The position numbers and the translations under genes are program-made. Under the pieces are notes generated by a model. It ran no database searches. It was given only the letters and a program-made list of their open reading frames with translations, and was not told the origin of the DNA. Positions 39,284 through 50,000 of a stretch of 64,000 bases of DNA are shown in pieces. The stretch comes from a bacterium. GTDB taxonomy: Bacteria > UBP14 > UBA6098 > B30-G16. Where the stretch lies: the NCBI GenBank assembly GCA_021162205.1, contig JAGGZE010000148.1, forward strand, positions 283 through 64,282, read 5' to 3'. Every line of letters begins with the position of its first letter. The first letter of the stretch is position 1.

Positions 39284-40357
39284 ATGATTTCGGCTATATT
39301 AAATTCGAGAATGGGTAAAATTCCTTATGGACAATGGCTGCAAAAGACATTCGAGGCAGTTAAAAATGCCTCCCAAAATAATTATATTATATGTGCATCG
39401 GTCGGATTGCATCAATGGGAATTTTTGCTATACTGTGCAAGTGAATTCGGGATAAATATAAGAATATATGTGCCCAAAGATTATTCCGAGGATAGAAAAA
39501 TCGAGCTTTTGCACCAATTTAAATTAGATATAGATAAATGTCGATTCATCGAAGTCGCTGGAAAATTCAATGGCAAATCCTGGTGGCTCGTTCGCGATAG
39601 AAAAATTTTCGAGGATGCCGATATATATTATCCAATTGCAATATGTCCCGATGGTAATTTTGAAAAATCGCTACGGGAGAATTCATTCGATAAAAAAATT
39701 ATAGACAAATTTCGCGTGGATTATAATGTCCCAAGCTGGCATTCGCTAAAAACTCCCGATTCCGATAATATAAATCCGCAATTGACAAAATTCCCGTGGA
39801 TATATCTTACTCACTGGACACATACATCTTATAGTCCATGGTGCGATGAGACAAAATTTGAATTTTATCGAAGTGCGCTTGCATCGAAAAATGATTATTC
39901 ACACAGTGCTTTTCAGGGATTGAAAAGGATACTTACAGATGGGAAAATATGCGCTACTCAACGAAACATACGCGGACAAATCGATGTCGTTTCATTTACC
40001 GAGATTCCACCGCGACAGGCGATATTTTTTATGAAATGGCGCAGCGGACTTATTCGTCATTACTGGGAACCTTATGGAATCGCAATAGAACGGAAAATAT
40101 TAAATTCTATCGGCGTGAAACCTGTTATCTATGGCAATGAGTATATTTACAATTCGCTCGATGAGGGAAATTGGTATCTTTTCCAGCCGATTAAAGGAAA
40201 TAAATATTTCTGGACAGAGGAAAGAGAATGGCGTTCCCGTGATGATTTCAAAATTTCCGAAATTCCAGTCGAAAAGATTTTGATAATCACACGAACAAAC
40301 GATGAAGCTCACGAAATAAATTCTCGATTTGGATTAAAATCTATCGGAATTATTTAG
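39284..40357 (+). CDS. Hypothetical protein: SLOG/DprA-like N-domain fused to AbiGi-like ADP-ribosyltransferase-fold C-domain
   Basis: N-half SAILNSR and RDRKI..AD...I....GN; C-half LTHWT, L..IL..G, VSFTEIP, YGIA, PVIY, EEREWR. Confidence 0.6.
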   Translation: MISAILNSRMGKIPYGQWLQKTFEAVKNASQNNYIICASVGLHQWEFLLYCASEFGINIRIYVPKDYSEDRKIELLHQFKLDIDKCRFIEVAGKFNGKSWWLVRDRKIFEDADIYYPIAICPDGNFEKSLRENSFDKKIIDKFRVDYNVPSWHSLKTPDSDNINPQLTKFPWIYLTHWTHTSYSPWCDETKFEFYRSALASKNDYSHSAFQGLKRILTDGKICATQRNIRGQIDVVSFTEIPPRQAIFFMKWRSGLIRHYWEPYGIAIERKILNSIGVKPVIYGNEYIYNSLDEGNWYLFQPIKGNKYFWTEEREWRSRDDFKISEIPVEKILIITRTNDEAHEINSRFGLKSIGII

Positions 40358-40419
40358 ATAATAGATAAAATTTCTTGCAAATTTTAATTTTCATATTTTA
40401 TTATATAGAAAATTGGGAA

Positions 40420-40540
40420 AAACCTCTTTTAGAAAATTTTGAATATTTTCTAACGAACTTCGTTCGTTAGAAATGATAAAGTTATTAGGAAAGGAGTTTG
40501 AGGGAAAGCCCTTCTTTTAAGAAGGGTGTTCCTTAAAAAT
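40420..40540. repeat. Dispersed palindromic element, copy 1, containing an extra perfect 12-bp hairpin
   Basis: AAACCTCTTTTAGAAA ... GGAAAGGAGTTTGAGGGAAAGCCCTTCTTTTAAGAAGGG; related to 60745-60810; TTTCTAACGAAC-TTC-GTTCGTTAGAAA at 40447-40473. Confidence 0.7.
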
Positions 40541-40568
40541 CTTTATAAACTTTATAAATTGGAGTGAA

Positions 40569-41624
40569 ATGAAAGGAATAGCACATTTTTCGATAGGAGT
40601 CGCTGCTGCGACATTCATTCCGGGGGTTATGCAAAATGCTCTCACTGGACACTCTTTCGACCTTTTGGTAGCGGGTGCATTTGGATTGCTGCCCGACACG
40701 CTCGATTTTAAGGTCGCTCGTTTTTTCGACCGCGAAGATTATGTTATCGACCCGAATCCCGACGACCCAAACCCGCAAAAAATGGCGGAAACAGTTGCTC
40801 GCGCTATAAACGATGCTTACGAATCCAATAAAGAAATACGGGTTAGATTTCACACGATGCAACTTGCCCCAGACCGATGGCGCAAATATGAAATCAGTTT
40901 CGACACGAAAAATAGCGAAGTAATGATTAAAATCGGTCCTATTGTCTCGACAAGCCAGCAGCCGTTCGGTGGAACAGAAATACACGGGGAAAAAGCTATC
41001 GGTAGAGCTAAAGTCAAATGTGGAATCATCCATATGCACGATGCTCCCAGTCGAGTCGATATTTTATCGGGACCCACAATCGGGTTCAAACCGCGCAAGA
41101 ATGGCAAAGTCGAAGTTATTTTCATCCCTTGGCATCGTCAATGGTCGCACAGTTTTACATTGGGACTTTATATGGGACTCGCAGTATTTCTAATAATGGG
41201 TCTAATTAATGGATGGAGTTCGGGATTATACTGGGCATCGTTGGTGGCGATTCCTTTCTGGGCACATGTCGCAGCGGATTGTCTCGGATTTATGGGGGGG
41301 AATTTACTTTGGCCCTTCACAAAAGAACGAACTCCAGGTTTGAAATTTTTCCATGCAAGCGAGGCACTCGCCAATTTTTCAGGTGTCTGGATATCTGGAC
41401 TTGTAATCGTATATAATGCCAATAGAATCGCTCCTGAACCGCAATTCACTATGGGACCGATTAAATTTTTCGCTATCTGGCTTGGAATTCCTGCGCTTGT
41501 CGTTGCCCTGTATCTTTTAATCGATAAAAAGCGCAAAAATATCACAGCCGAACAGGAGCAGACTCGCGAACTTTTGGATGAAGTTGCCGATGGTGGAGCA
41601 CTCGGTGGCGGAAGAATCAAATAA
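40569..41624 (+). CDS. Membrane-bound metal-dependent hydrolase (YdjM-like) with large insert
   Basis: MKGIAH, LLPDTLD, HRQWSHS and HVAAD motifs plus transmembrane segments. Confidence 0.8.
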   Translation: MKGIAHFSIGVAAATFIPGVMQNALTGHSFDLLVAGAFGLLPDTLDFKVARFFDREDYVIDPNPDDPNPQKMAETVARAINDAYESNKEIRVRFHTMQLAPDRWRKYEISFDTKNSEVMIKIGPIVSTSQQPFGGTEIHGEKAIGRAKVKCGIIHMHDAPSRVDILSGPTIGFKPRKNGKVEVIFIPWHRQWSHSFTLGLYMGLAVFLIMGLINGWSSGLYWASLVAIPFWAHVAADCLGFMGGNLLWPFTKERTPGLKFFHASEALANFSGVWISGLVIVYNANRIAPEPQFTMGPIKFFAIWLGIPALVVALYLLIDKKRKNITAEQEQTRELLDEVADGGALGGGRIK

Positions 41625-41832
41625 AAATTTAAATTCCAAAACTAATCATCGATTTTATCGGTATTCAGAAATCCCCGATTGGTCGAGATGTCAAAGTTCG
41701 ATATAGCTTGTAGAAGACATTTCCCGATGTGGATTATTCGGTCGAATGTTGCCAGTTGTCAAGAATTGGTTGGTAATCGGAATATCGAAATCGAATTATA
41801 AAAAATAACAATAAAAAAAATCATAATTCGCT

Positions 41833-42966
41833 TTACCATAATAAATCTTTTTTCTCCGAATTTCTTATTCCAGCGGCATCGAGAAGCAATGCCTCGAATT
41901 TATCGGTTGCAATATCCCATGAATAATATTCTGTGGTAACCTTTTTAGCCCGCTGTGAAAGTTTTTCCCGCAATGATTTATCATTCACAATCGAATCGAA
42001 TTTTTCGACGAAATCATCGAAATCATCCACCTTAAATTCGAGTGCACAATCGTGAACAGCCGAATGATTTTCTGGAATATCGCTTACAAGAAGAGCATTT
42101 CCATTGCCCATCGCTTGAAGCAACGATAGCGATGTTCCCTCGATTTTCGATGCATTAACAAAAACAGCGGAATTAAAATACAATTCATCGGTTTCATTAC
42201 CATAAATCGAACCTGCCACGATAATTCTGTCATCACCCTTGGCGGATTCACTAATTTTATTCACATATTGTAGATTGTATGGATTTCCGCCGACTATCAC
42301 CAATTTCATATCGGTTTTCACTTTTTTGAACGCTTCGACGATAAGATGCTGCCGTTTTTCCTGTGTCAATCTTCCGATAGAAATCACATATTTTTTGGGT
42401 TCGAGACCGAATTTTTCGAGGATACCCGTTTTTTCAACATTTTCGACTATATCCGCTCCCGATGGAATGAAATGCACATTTTTACCATACTTATTAAGGT
42501 AATGTTTTTGCGCCGATAAGGCATCGACGACAATGTGTGATGAAACCTTTTCCGCCAATGCCTCGCTCTTTTTAAGAAACCATTTCCCAAAAGCGCCGTA
42601 TTTATCCCGTTTCCAGTCGAGACCATCGACAAAAAGCACCGATTTTTTCCCGAATATTCTCATAAATAAAACGGGAAGTGCATTGCCGACATTGAATGCA
42701 AAAATAGCATCGTAGGAATGGAAAATGGCATCGATTGCGGAAATTGTCGAGTGCGATGGTGTCGAAAGATGTGGCAATTCCAGTGATGGCAGATAAATCA
42801 GGCGCATATCGAGATATCGATGGAGTTTCGCTTTGCCCGAACCACGACAATATACTGTGACACGATGTCCTCTTCGAGCTAATCTTTTCGCTATATTTTC
42901 CGCGGTAACCTCGAAACCGCCGTAGTTCGCTGGAATTCCTCTTATACCGATAACCGCAATTTTCAT
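41833..42966 (-). CDS. GT4 glycosyltransferase with DUF1972-type N-domain
   Basis: IGIRGIPANYGGFE, DGLDWKR.K, GRL..EK, EG.SLSLLQAM. Confidence 0.9.
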   Translation of the reverse strand: MKIAVIGIRGIPANYGGFEVTAENIAKRLARRGHRVTVYCRGSGKAKLHRYLDMRLIYLPSLELPHLSTPSHSTISAIDAIFHSYDAIFAFNVGNALPVLFMRIFGKKSVLFVDGLDWKRDKYGAFGKWFLKKSEALAEKVSSHIVVDALSAQKHYLNKYGKNVHFIPSGADIVENVEKTGILEKFGLEPKKYVISIGRLTQEKRQHLIVEAFKKVKTDMKLVIVGGNPYNLQYVNKISESAKGDDRIIVAGSIYGNETDELYFNSAVFVNASKIEGTSLSLLQAMGNGNALLVSDIPENHSAVHDCALEFKVDDFDDFVEKFDSIVNDKSLREKLSQRAKKVTTEYYSWDIATDKFEALLLDAAGIRNSEKKDLLW

Positions 42967-42979
42967 TATAGACCTTTAA

Positions 42980-43843
42980 TTAAAATTCATTTTTCAATCT
43001 TTGCACATATTCGTCCAAAGCATCTTTCCAATGACGCAATTTATGTCCTATCGCATCGTTAATTTTAACAGATTCGATAGCTTCCATAGGTGGACGAAAA
43101 GCTTTTGTGGGAAATTTCTTCGAAGATACTGGAAGAACCTTTGTTTCGGCATTCATAAAATCCCGTATCGATTTAGCAATATCGTATCTACTTGCAGGAT
43201 TTCCAGAGTTTGCTACATGAAAAATCCCATATATATCCGAATCGATTAAATCGACCATAGTTTGTCCGATATCTATCGAATAGTTTGGCGAACCGAATAT
43301 ATCGTGAACTGCGAATACTTTTGGTTTTTCCTCGATTAAATGAAACATTTTGCCGACAAATTTTTTATCGTTTTTGCCGCCGCCGAATAACCAACCGACA
43401 CGAAGAATTAAAATATTTTGTTCTGGTAATATTTCCTGCACAAATTTTTCACCACGATATTTGCTTTTCCCATATACATTCACCGGTTCTGGGATATTAT
43501 TCTCTGTATATGGTTTCTCGTGTATCCCCGAAAACACTCCGCTGGTCGAGATATACATCATTTTTACATTATATTTTAAACAGGCATTTGCTATATTCTT
43601 TGTTCCATCAGCATTAACACGCATAGCTTCCACTGGATTATCCTCGCACCAGTCGAGGTCGGTCAGCGCGGCGAGATGAACCACCCAATCGAATTTTCCA
43701 GTAGAGATTATTTTATCCACAGATTTTTCATCGATAACATTCATTTCGGTTCTGGATGGTGTAAAAATATCGAAATATTTTCGAAAAATTGGAATAATAT
43801 CGGTTCCCAGCATTCCCGAACTGCCATCGATTAAAATTTTCAT
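42980..43843 (-). CDS. rmlD: dTDP-4-dehydrorhamnose reductase
   Basis: GSSGMLG, HLAALTD.D.CE, YIST..VF.G, YGKSK..GE, RP motifs. Confidence 0.9.
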   Translation of the reverse strand: MKILIDGSSGMLGTDIIPIFRKYFDIFTPSRTEMNVIDEKSVDKIISTGKFDWVVHLAALTDLDWCEDNPVEAMRVNADGTKNIANACLKYNVKMMYISTSGVFSGIHEKPYTENNIPEPVNVYGKSKYRGEKFVQEILPEQNILILRVGWLFGGGKNDKKFVGKMFHLIEEKPKVFAVHDIFGSPNYSIDIGQTMVDLIDSDIYGIFHVANSGNPASRYDIAKSIRDFMNAETKVLPVSSKKFPTKAFRPPMEAIESVKINDAIGHKLRHWKDALDEYVQRLKNEF

Positions 43844-43992
43844 TTTTTTATATTTTGTTAATTCCACTTAAACAATATATGATAAAGAAATATTTTCGCA
43901 AGAGTCTTAGTTTCTTTTTAATTTAATACATCAAAATTAATTGCCGATTATACAGTGACAAATACAATTTTAATCTATCGCTAATTTAAAAT

Positions 43993-44022
43993 AAACCCGC
44001 CCCAAATAATCGGGACGGGTTC
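43993..44022 (-). terminator. Intrinsic terminator downstream of the oxidoreductase operon
   Basis: AAACCCG-CCC...GGG-ACGGGTT hairpin with a T-rich tail on the minus strand. Confidence 0.6.
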
Positions 44023-44076
44023 AAATAATATAGCATCCGGTTTCACCTCGAAGGATTTTCGAGATAATTTCAGTTA

Positions 44077-45525
44077 TTATCCTTTATAATTTTTCACATA
44101 CTCGATGCCCTTATTTATTGCATCGATATTCATCGGGATGAATTTTTTATGCGAGACGATATTGTTCAGCGTGTCGAAAACAACATCGAGGTCGAATAAT
44201 TTTGTTTTTTCAATAATCGCTCCGATAATAACCATATTTGCCACACGAAGTGAACCTAATTTGTCTGCCATTTCAGATGCCGGCATCGGCAAAATATCGA
44301 TGTCGGTTCGTGTGGGTTTTTTATGAATCATCGTAGTATTATAGATTAACAATCCACCGGGTTTTAAGTCCTTTTCAAATTTGTCGAGCGATGGCTGATT
44401 CAAAACAATTAGAACATCTGGATTATCCACTACGGGCGAACCGATTTTCTTATCCGATATTTTCACATGGCAGTTTGCTGTTCCACCACGCATTTCGGGA
44501 CCGTATGATGGTATCCATGTGGAGTTCCAATTATGTCTCATACCTGTTTCTGCAAGAGCTTTACCAAGTAAAAGAACACCTTGTCCACCGAATCCTGCGA
44601 TTAGAAATTCAGGATTGCGATATTTTTCTTCGACTTTCGACATATCTCCACCGATTTCTTTTGCCTTGCCTGTTAATCCGAGAAGTTCGTGGTATTTGTC
44701 GAGTGGAACTTCCTCAAATCTCCTATCCCATGAACCTTTTTCACGCTCGGCAGTAATATCTTTATATACACCGAGTGGGAATGTTTTTTCCATTTCTTCT
44801 TTGACCCATTTTTTGGCATCGACAGGAGTTTTTCTCCATCCGCTCGGGCACATAGACAATGCTTCGACCAGTGAGAAACCTTTTCCGTCGATTTGAGTCT
44901 GAATCGCCTTACGAACAGCTTTTCGAGCTTTCATTAGTTCTTTGCCATAAGTTAGTGCAACACGCTCGATATATACGGGTGCTTCGAGAGTCGAAAGTAG
45001 TTCCGACACTTTAAGCGGGTAGCCCTCCCATGTAGCTTTTCGACCATAAGGACTCGTCATAGTTTTTTGACCCAAAAGTGTGGTTGGCGCCATTTGACCG
45101 CCTGTCATCCCGTAAATCGCATTATTGACAAAAAATACTGTGATGCTCTCGCCACGGTTTGCTGCCTGAAGAATATTATTTCCACCGATTGCACCGAGGT
45201 CGCCATCACCCTGATATGAAATCACAATCGAATCGGGATGATTTCGTTTTATTCCGGTAGCGACCGCGGGTGCTCGCCCGTGTGCCACTTGAAAATTACC
45301 TGTATCAAAATAATAATAGACAAATACCGAGCATCCGACCGGGGAAATCATAATAGTTCGGTCGGCGATACCGAAATCATCGATAGCTTCGGCGATAAGT
45401 TTGTGTAGGATTCCGTGTCCACAACCGGGGCAATAATGTGTATCCTGCTGATATTTATCTGGCTTGCGAAGAAATACATCATAAAACGACGATGGTTTTT
45501 CGAGTACATTTTTTAATTGTGCCAT
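44077..45525 (-). CDS. 2-oxoacid:ferredoxin oxidoreductase, fused beta+gamma subunit (VOR-type)
   Basis: YCPGCGHG, HGRA, YQGDGD...NN..YGMTGGQ (TPP binding), then AGFGGQG and PSYGPEMRGG. Confidence 0.93.
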   Translation of the reverse strand: MAQLKNVLEKPSSFYDVFLRKPDKYQQDTHYCPGCGHGILHKLIAEAIDDFGIADRTIMISPVGCSVFVYYYFDTGNFQVAHGRAPAVATGIKRNHPDSIVISYQGDGDLGAIGGNNILQAANRGESITVFFVNNAIYGMTGGQMAPTTLLGQKTMTSPYGRKATWEGYPLKVSELLSTLEAPVYIERVALTYGKELMKARKAVRKAIQTQIDGKGFSLVEALSMCPSGWRKTPVDAKKWVKEEMEKTFPLGVYKDITAEREKGSWDRRFEEVPLDKYHELLGLTGKAKEIGGDMSKVEEKYRNPEFLIAGFGGQGVLLLGKALAETGMRHNWNSTWIPSYGPEMRGGTANCHVKISDKKIGSPVVDNPDVLIVLNQPSLDKFEKDLKPGGLLIYNTTMIHKKPTRTDIDILPMPASEMADKLGSLRVANMVIIGAIIEKTKLFDLDVVFDTLNNIVSHKKFIPMNIDAINKGIEYVKNYKG

Positions 45526-45545
45526 TTTAATCCTCCTCGATACAC

Positions 45546-46601
45546 TTATTTCAGTGCCTTTTCAAATTGTTCAACAATTTCGGAAACTTTGGGGACAACG
45601 CCACCCATTCTACCATAGAAATAGACCGGTTTCCTTCCCTCGACAACGAGCCGAACATCGTCGACCATTTGCCCATTGGACATTTCTATAACAGTAAAAG
45701 CTTTGACGGTGCTCGATTCTGCCAATTCGAGGAATTTTGGTTTAGGGAATGGGAACAGTGTTATCGGACGCAGCATACCGGCTTTTATTCCCTTTTTGCG
45801 AGCTTCATCGATAGCGGAACTCATAACTCTCGAAACCGTTCCATAAGCTACTCCGACCACTTCGGCATCATTCAGTTTGTATTCCTCGAAACGGATTTCG
45901 TTTTTTTCCATTTCCGCATATTTTTTCTGAAGTTTAATATTGTGTCTCTCCATTTCTTCAGGGTCGAGATAGATGGAATTTATCAGATTTTTTCTTGTTT
46001 TAGCATTTCCCATAACAGCCCAATCGGTTTTATCTGGTTTGGTTTTAACAGGTTCGGGAAAATCCACAGGTTCCATCATTTGACCATTGAATCCATCGGT
46101 AAGCACCACAACAGGATTGCGGTATTTATCTGCGAGTTCGAATGCGAGCATTGTAAAGTCGCACATTTCCTGAGCGGAATTCGGTGCAAGCACGAGAAGT
46201 TTATAATTCCCGTGTCCGCCGCCTTTGACCATTTGATTGTAATCTGATTGTTCTGGAGCGATATTTCCCAGTCCGGGACCGCCACGGACAATATCGACAA
46301 TGACGATAGGCAATTCAGAACCGGCAGAATATGAAATACCTTCTTGTTTAAGCGAAAGTCCAGGTCCAGATGATGCTGTCATAACACGAATTCCTGTTCC
46401 AGCAGCACCATAGCACATTTGAATCGATGCGACTTCAGATTCGCCCTGTAAAAAAACTTTCCCAGCGAGCGGAAAATATTTAGCAGCTGCGTGAGCAATT
46501 TCCGATGCCGGTGTTATCGGATAGCCAAAATAGGCATCGCAACCAGCGAGAAGAGCTCCTTTAATAACAGCTTCATTCCCCTTGATTAATTCTTTAGCCA
46601 T
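45546..46601 (-). CDS. vorB: 2-oxoacid:ferredoxin oxidoreductase alpha subunit (3-methyl-2-oxobutanoate dehydrogenase VorB-like)
   Basis: KGNEA, GYPITP, ESE, SSGPG, RGGPGLG, KGGGHG, EMSNGQ. Confidence 0.9.
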   Translation of the reverse strand: MAKELIKGNEAVIKGALLAGCDAYFGYPITPASEIAHAAAKYFPLAGKVFLQGESEVASIQMCYGAAGTGIRVMTASSGPGLSLKQEGISYSAGSELPIVIVDIVRGGPGLGNIAPEQSDYNQMVKGGGHGNYKLLVLAPNSAQEMCDFTMLAFELADKYRNPVVVLTDGFNGQMMEPVDFPEPVKTKPDKTDWAVMGNAKTRKNLINSIYLDPEEMERHNIKLQKKYAEMEKNEIRFEEYKLNDAEVVGVAYGTVSRVMSSAIDEARKKGIKAGMLRPITLFPFPKPKFLELAESSTVKAFTVIEMSNGQMVDDVRLVVEGRKPVYFYGRMGGVVPKVSEIVEQFEKALK

Positions 46602-46629
46602 AATTCACCTCTCATTGTTAATTTTTAAA

Positions 46630-46839
46630 TTAGTCCTTGCGATGCACAACGATTGCATCTGGCTCGGGACAGGTATAGAAACAAAGTGTGCAGCCAGTGC
46701 ACCCTTCTCCTTTATATTGTGCAGGATGGTAGCCCAAATTATTGATTTCTTTCGAGAACTCAATAACATTTGCCGGGCAAATATCGACACACAGCCCGCA
46801 TCCCTTACAATGGTCAGTGTGGACTTCTATACTTGGCAT
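46630..46839 (-). CDS. 2x[4Fe-4S] ferredoxin, oxidoreductase delta subunit
   Basis: CKGCGLCVDICP and CTGCTLCFYTCP; AGGAGGT RBS. Confidence 0.93.
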   Translation of the reverse strand: MPSIEVHTDHCKGCGLCVDICPANVIEFSKEINNLGYHPAQYKGEGCTGCTLCFYTCPEPDAIVVHRKD

Positions 46840-46968
46840 AAACACCTCCTATAATTATTTTTAAGGATTGAATAAAAATAATTATAAATATAAATTATTT
46901 TTTTAAAAAAGCAAATAATTATTTAGTTATTTTAAACTATTTCTTTAAGCGGTTATTTCACACATAAC

Positions 46969-46997
46969 TTGACAATTCTATTTTATGAATATATTAT
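46969..46997 (+). promoter_or_regulatory. Sigma70-type promoter of the giant surface protein gene
   Basis: TTGACA (46969-74), 17-nt spacer, TATTAT (46992-97), then AGGGGG RBS. Confidence 0.65.
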
Positions 46998-47023
46998 AAT
47001 ATAATATAATATTAGGGGGAAAA

Positions 47024-50000
47024 ATGCGTAAAGCAATACCGTTTTTATTACTATTTTTCTTAATCTGTTTTGCAGTTCCACCGGGTCCCACCGCAAATAT
47101 GTTTGTGCCTAAAAATGGCGGCTGGGCTGGTTGTGATTTTCAAACAATAAGAATCGCTATCACAGATATTAATAACGATGAAGTCGATACAACTACAATT
47201 CAACTGCGTGTGAATGGGATACTTTATCTATGGCACGATTCTCATTTAGATTGGTCTGATGATTCGGTGCTAATTTTCACTCCTACAAGCGCATTTTCCG
47301 CAAGTGAAACTGTTCGAGTCGTTCTCGAACAGGCAAACACTATGGATGGTCTTCCATTGCAAGCGGGTTCTTATTCGTATGAATTCTATATGGATTTCGA
47401 TTATCCATTTTTTCTGCCAGAAACGAGATATCCTCCACCGGGAACAACCGTCTGCGCCGATGTCGGCAGTATAGCGGTGAAAGTTATGGATACTACATCG
47501 GGAATTCCTTACGATGGCTTATGTATGTGTGTGAATGCCAATCATTATACCTGTTCGCCCAATCGCTCCGATGGATATTGCTGGCAACCGTCTTTGGATA
47601 CTCAATTTGTCTATGTCGATTCGACTTTTTACATTAAATGGAATTATTTTACATCGTTCGACGATGAAGATTCGATTACCGCTTGTCTGCATAAAGCTGT
47701 CGATTATGTTACGAACGATTATGCCGATAGTTTAATTTGTGGTCCTCACTGGTTCGACACGACCGATGTTCAACAATGTTGGACATTTATTAAGGACTGC
47801 ATCGGACCGCGAGCGTATTTGATTTTTCCCGGTATCGATGATACCACCGCTTGCGATTCGATTGTTATCGGATTTATAGATTTTTCCGGCGTGGATACAA
47901 TGCTTATAAAAATGAGCATTACCGGTATTTTCCCATTTCCGCAGGTTAATGTTTCACCGGATTTTAATGCCTCCGCCGATGGTGATACAGCTTATTTTGT
48001 AGGGACTCTCGGCGAGGGAAATATATCGATGCGTTTGATGCAGGTGCGTGATAAAGCTGGAAATACTTCGAGCACGAGTTCATTCCCAATTTGGAGCATT
48101 TATGTGGATAAATCGGCACCCGTTGCATCGTCGCCATTGCCACCCGATGGTTCGACAGCGGGGTCATCCACACCATCTGTATCTATCGCTGTCAGTGATG
48201 TATATACTGCACCAGAACCAAATTCGATGGAATTAGAAATCGATGGTGTTCATTATAACTATCCACATCCCGCACTGTCGTGGGATGGTTCACGATTGAC
48301 TTTCTCGTCATCTGTGGCTGGTGTTTCTTTTTCTGATGGCGATACGGTAGATGTTTGCTTGAATTCCGCTTGTGATATTGTTCCATCCGACAAGTGTGGA
48401 CCGAATTGCATCACAACACCGTTTTGCTGGAGTTTTACAATCGACCAAGGGGGACCCCGGGCTGAACTGATTTCGCCACCCGATAGCATATATACCGCTT
48501 GCGCCGACCAAAATATCATTCTGCATATATGGGACCCAAGTGGTGTGAATCCATTATCTATTGTGCTTGGTGTCGAGGGAACAACATACGATTCACTTGA
48601 TAATATGATTTATTCTAACGATACTTTGATATTCACTCCACCATCGAACTGGACAAATGGTCAGGAAATCGATTGGGCACTCACCGCAGCGGATGATATA
48701 ATAGGTAATCCACTTGCAACACCGATTTCCGGAATTTTTTATGTAGATTTACTACCGCCATTTGTAACTAATATTCAGCCATTTGCAGGAACAAGGTTCG
48801 GTCCATCTTATCTCACTGCAATCTGGACACTTATCGACCCGCAGGCTGGCGTCGACCCAACTACTGCGATAGTGTCGGTTCAGGGAAATAATTATCCATA
48901 TCCGGGTGGATTTAGCTGGGATGGCTCAGATTTAGATTTCAACCTCGCATTCACGAGCTTATCCTTTTCCGATGGTGAAACCGTGCAGGTTTGTCTGCAT
49001 ATCGGAGATTCGATTACCGCTCAATTCTGCGGACCGAACTGGCGGGATACCTGCACATATTTTATCGCAGACCTCGCAGGACCGGTAGCGGATATGATTT
49101 ATCCACCAGAATCCACGATTACCGCTTGCGCAAACGGAGAAATAAAAATCTACACAAGCGATATCGATGGAATAGAGCAAAGTTCGGTTCAATTGAATAT
49201 CGATGGCACGACATATTTCGATGCATCGCCCGAAATTTCGTGGTCGGATGATACGATTATTTTCACACCATCGACACCATTTGTTCACGGCGATACTGTC
49301 GATGTGCGACTTATTATGCTTTCAGATACTCTCGGCAACAATATTTCGAGTTCATTCGATTGGGTATTTTATATAGATATCGAGCCGCCGCAGTTGACAG
49401 CGTATAATCCGCCCAATAATGGCGAGGTATCTAATACATCGCCGACAATCAGATTCTGGCTCGACGATGTTTCCGCAGGAGTCGATACCACAACGATTAC
49501 GATAAGAATCGATGGAGCAGAATATAATGTCGGAAGCCCCGGCTGCGCCTGGTCTGGTGGACAGATTATTTTCGATTGTGCTGGAGCGGGTTTATCATTC
49601 GGCGATGGCGATACTGTCGATGTATGTTTTGTTTCGGCATCGGATTTGGTAAATTCGAGTCTTTGTGGACCGAATACAACAAATCCCGATTCCTGCTGGT
49701 TTTTCCGAATAGACCTATCGGGACCGACAACCGATTTGATTTTGCCGTTGGATGGTTCATATACATCGTGTGCGAATCAAGAAATTTGGGTTTATCTTTA
49801 TGATGACCAGGGGATATTTCCCGAAAGCACAGCGGTTCGTGTCAACGACGATACACTTTATGCTTGGCTCGGTGAACTGACCACACACGGCGATACTGCA
49901 ATTTATTCGCCCGCTGTTCCATTTACCGATGGTGAAATTGTCAATGTGCAGGTGGTTCACGCGACCGATTCACTCGGCAATACAATGACCGGTGGTGATA

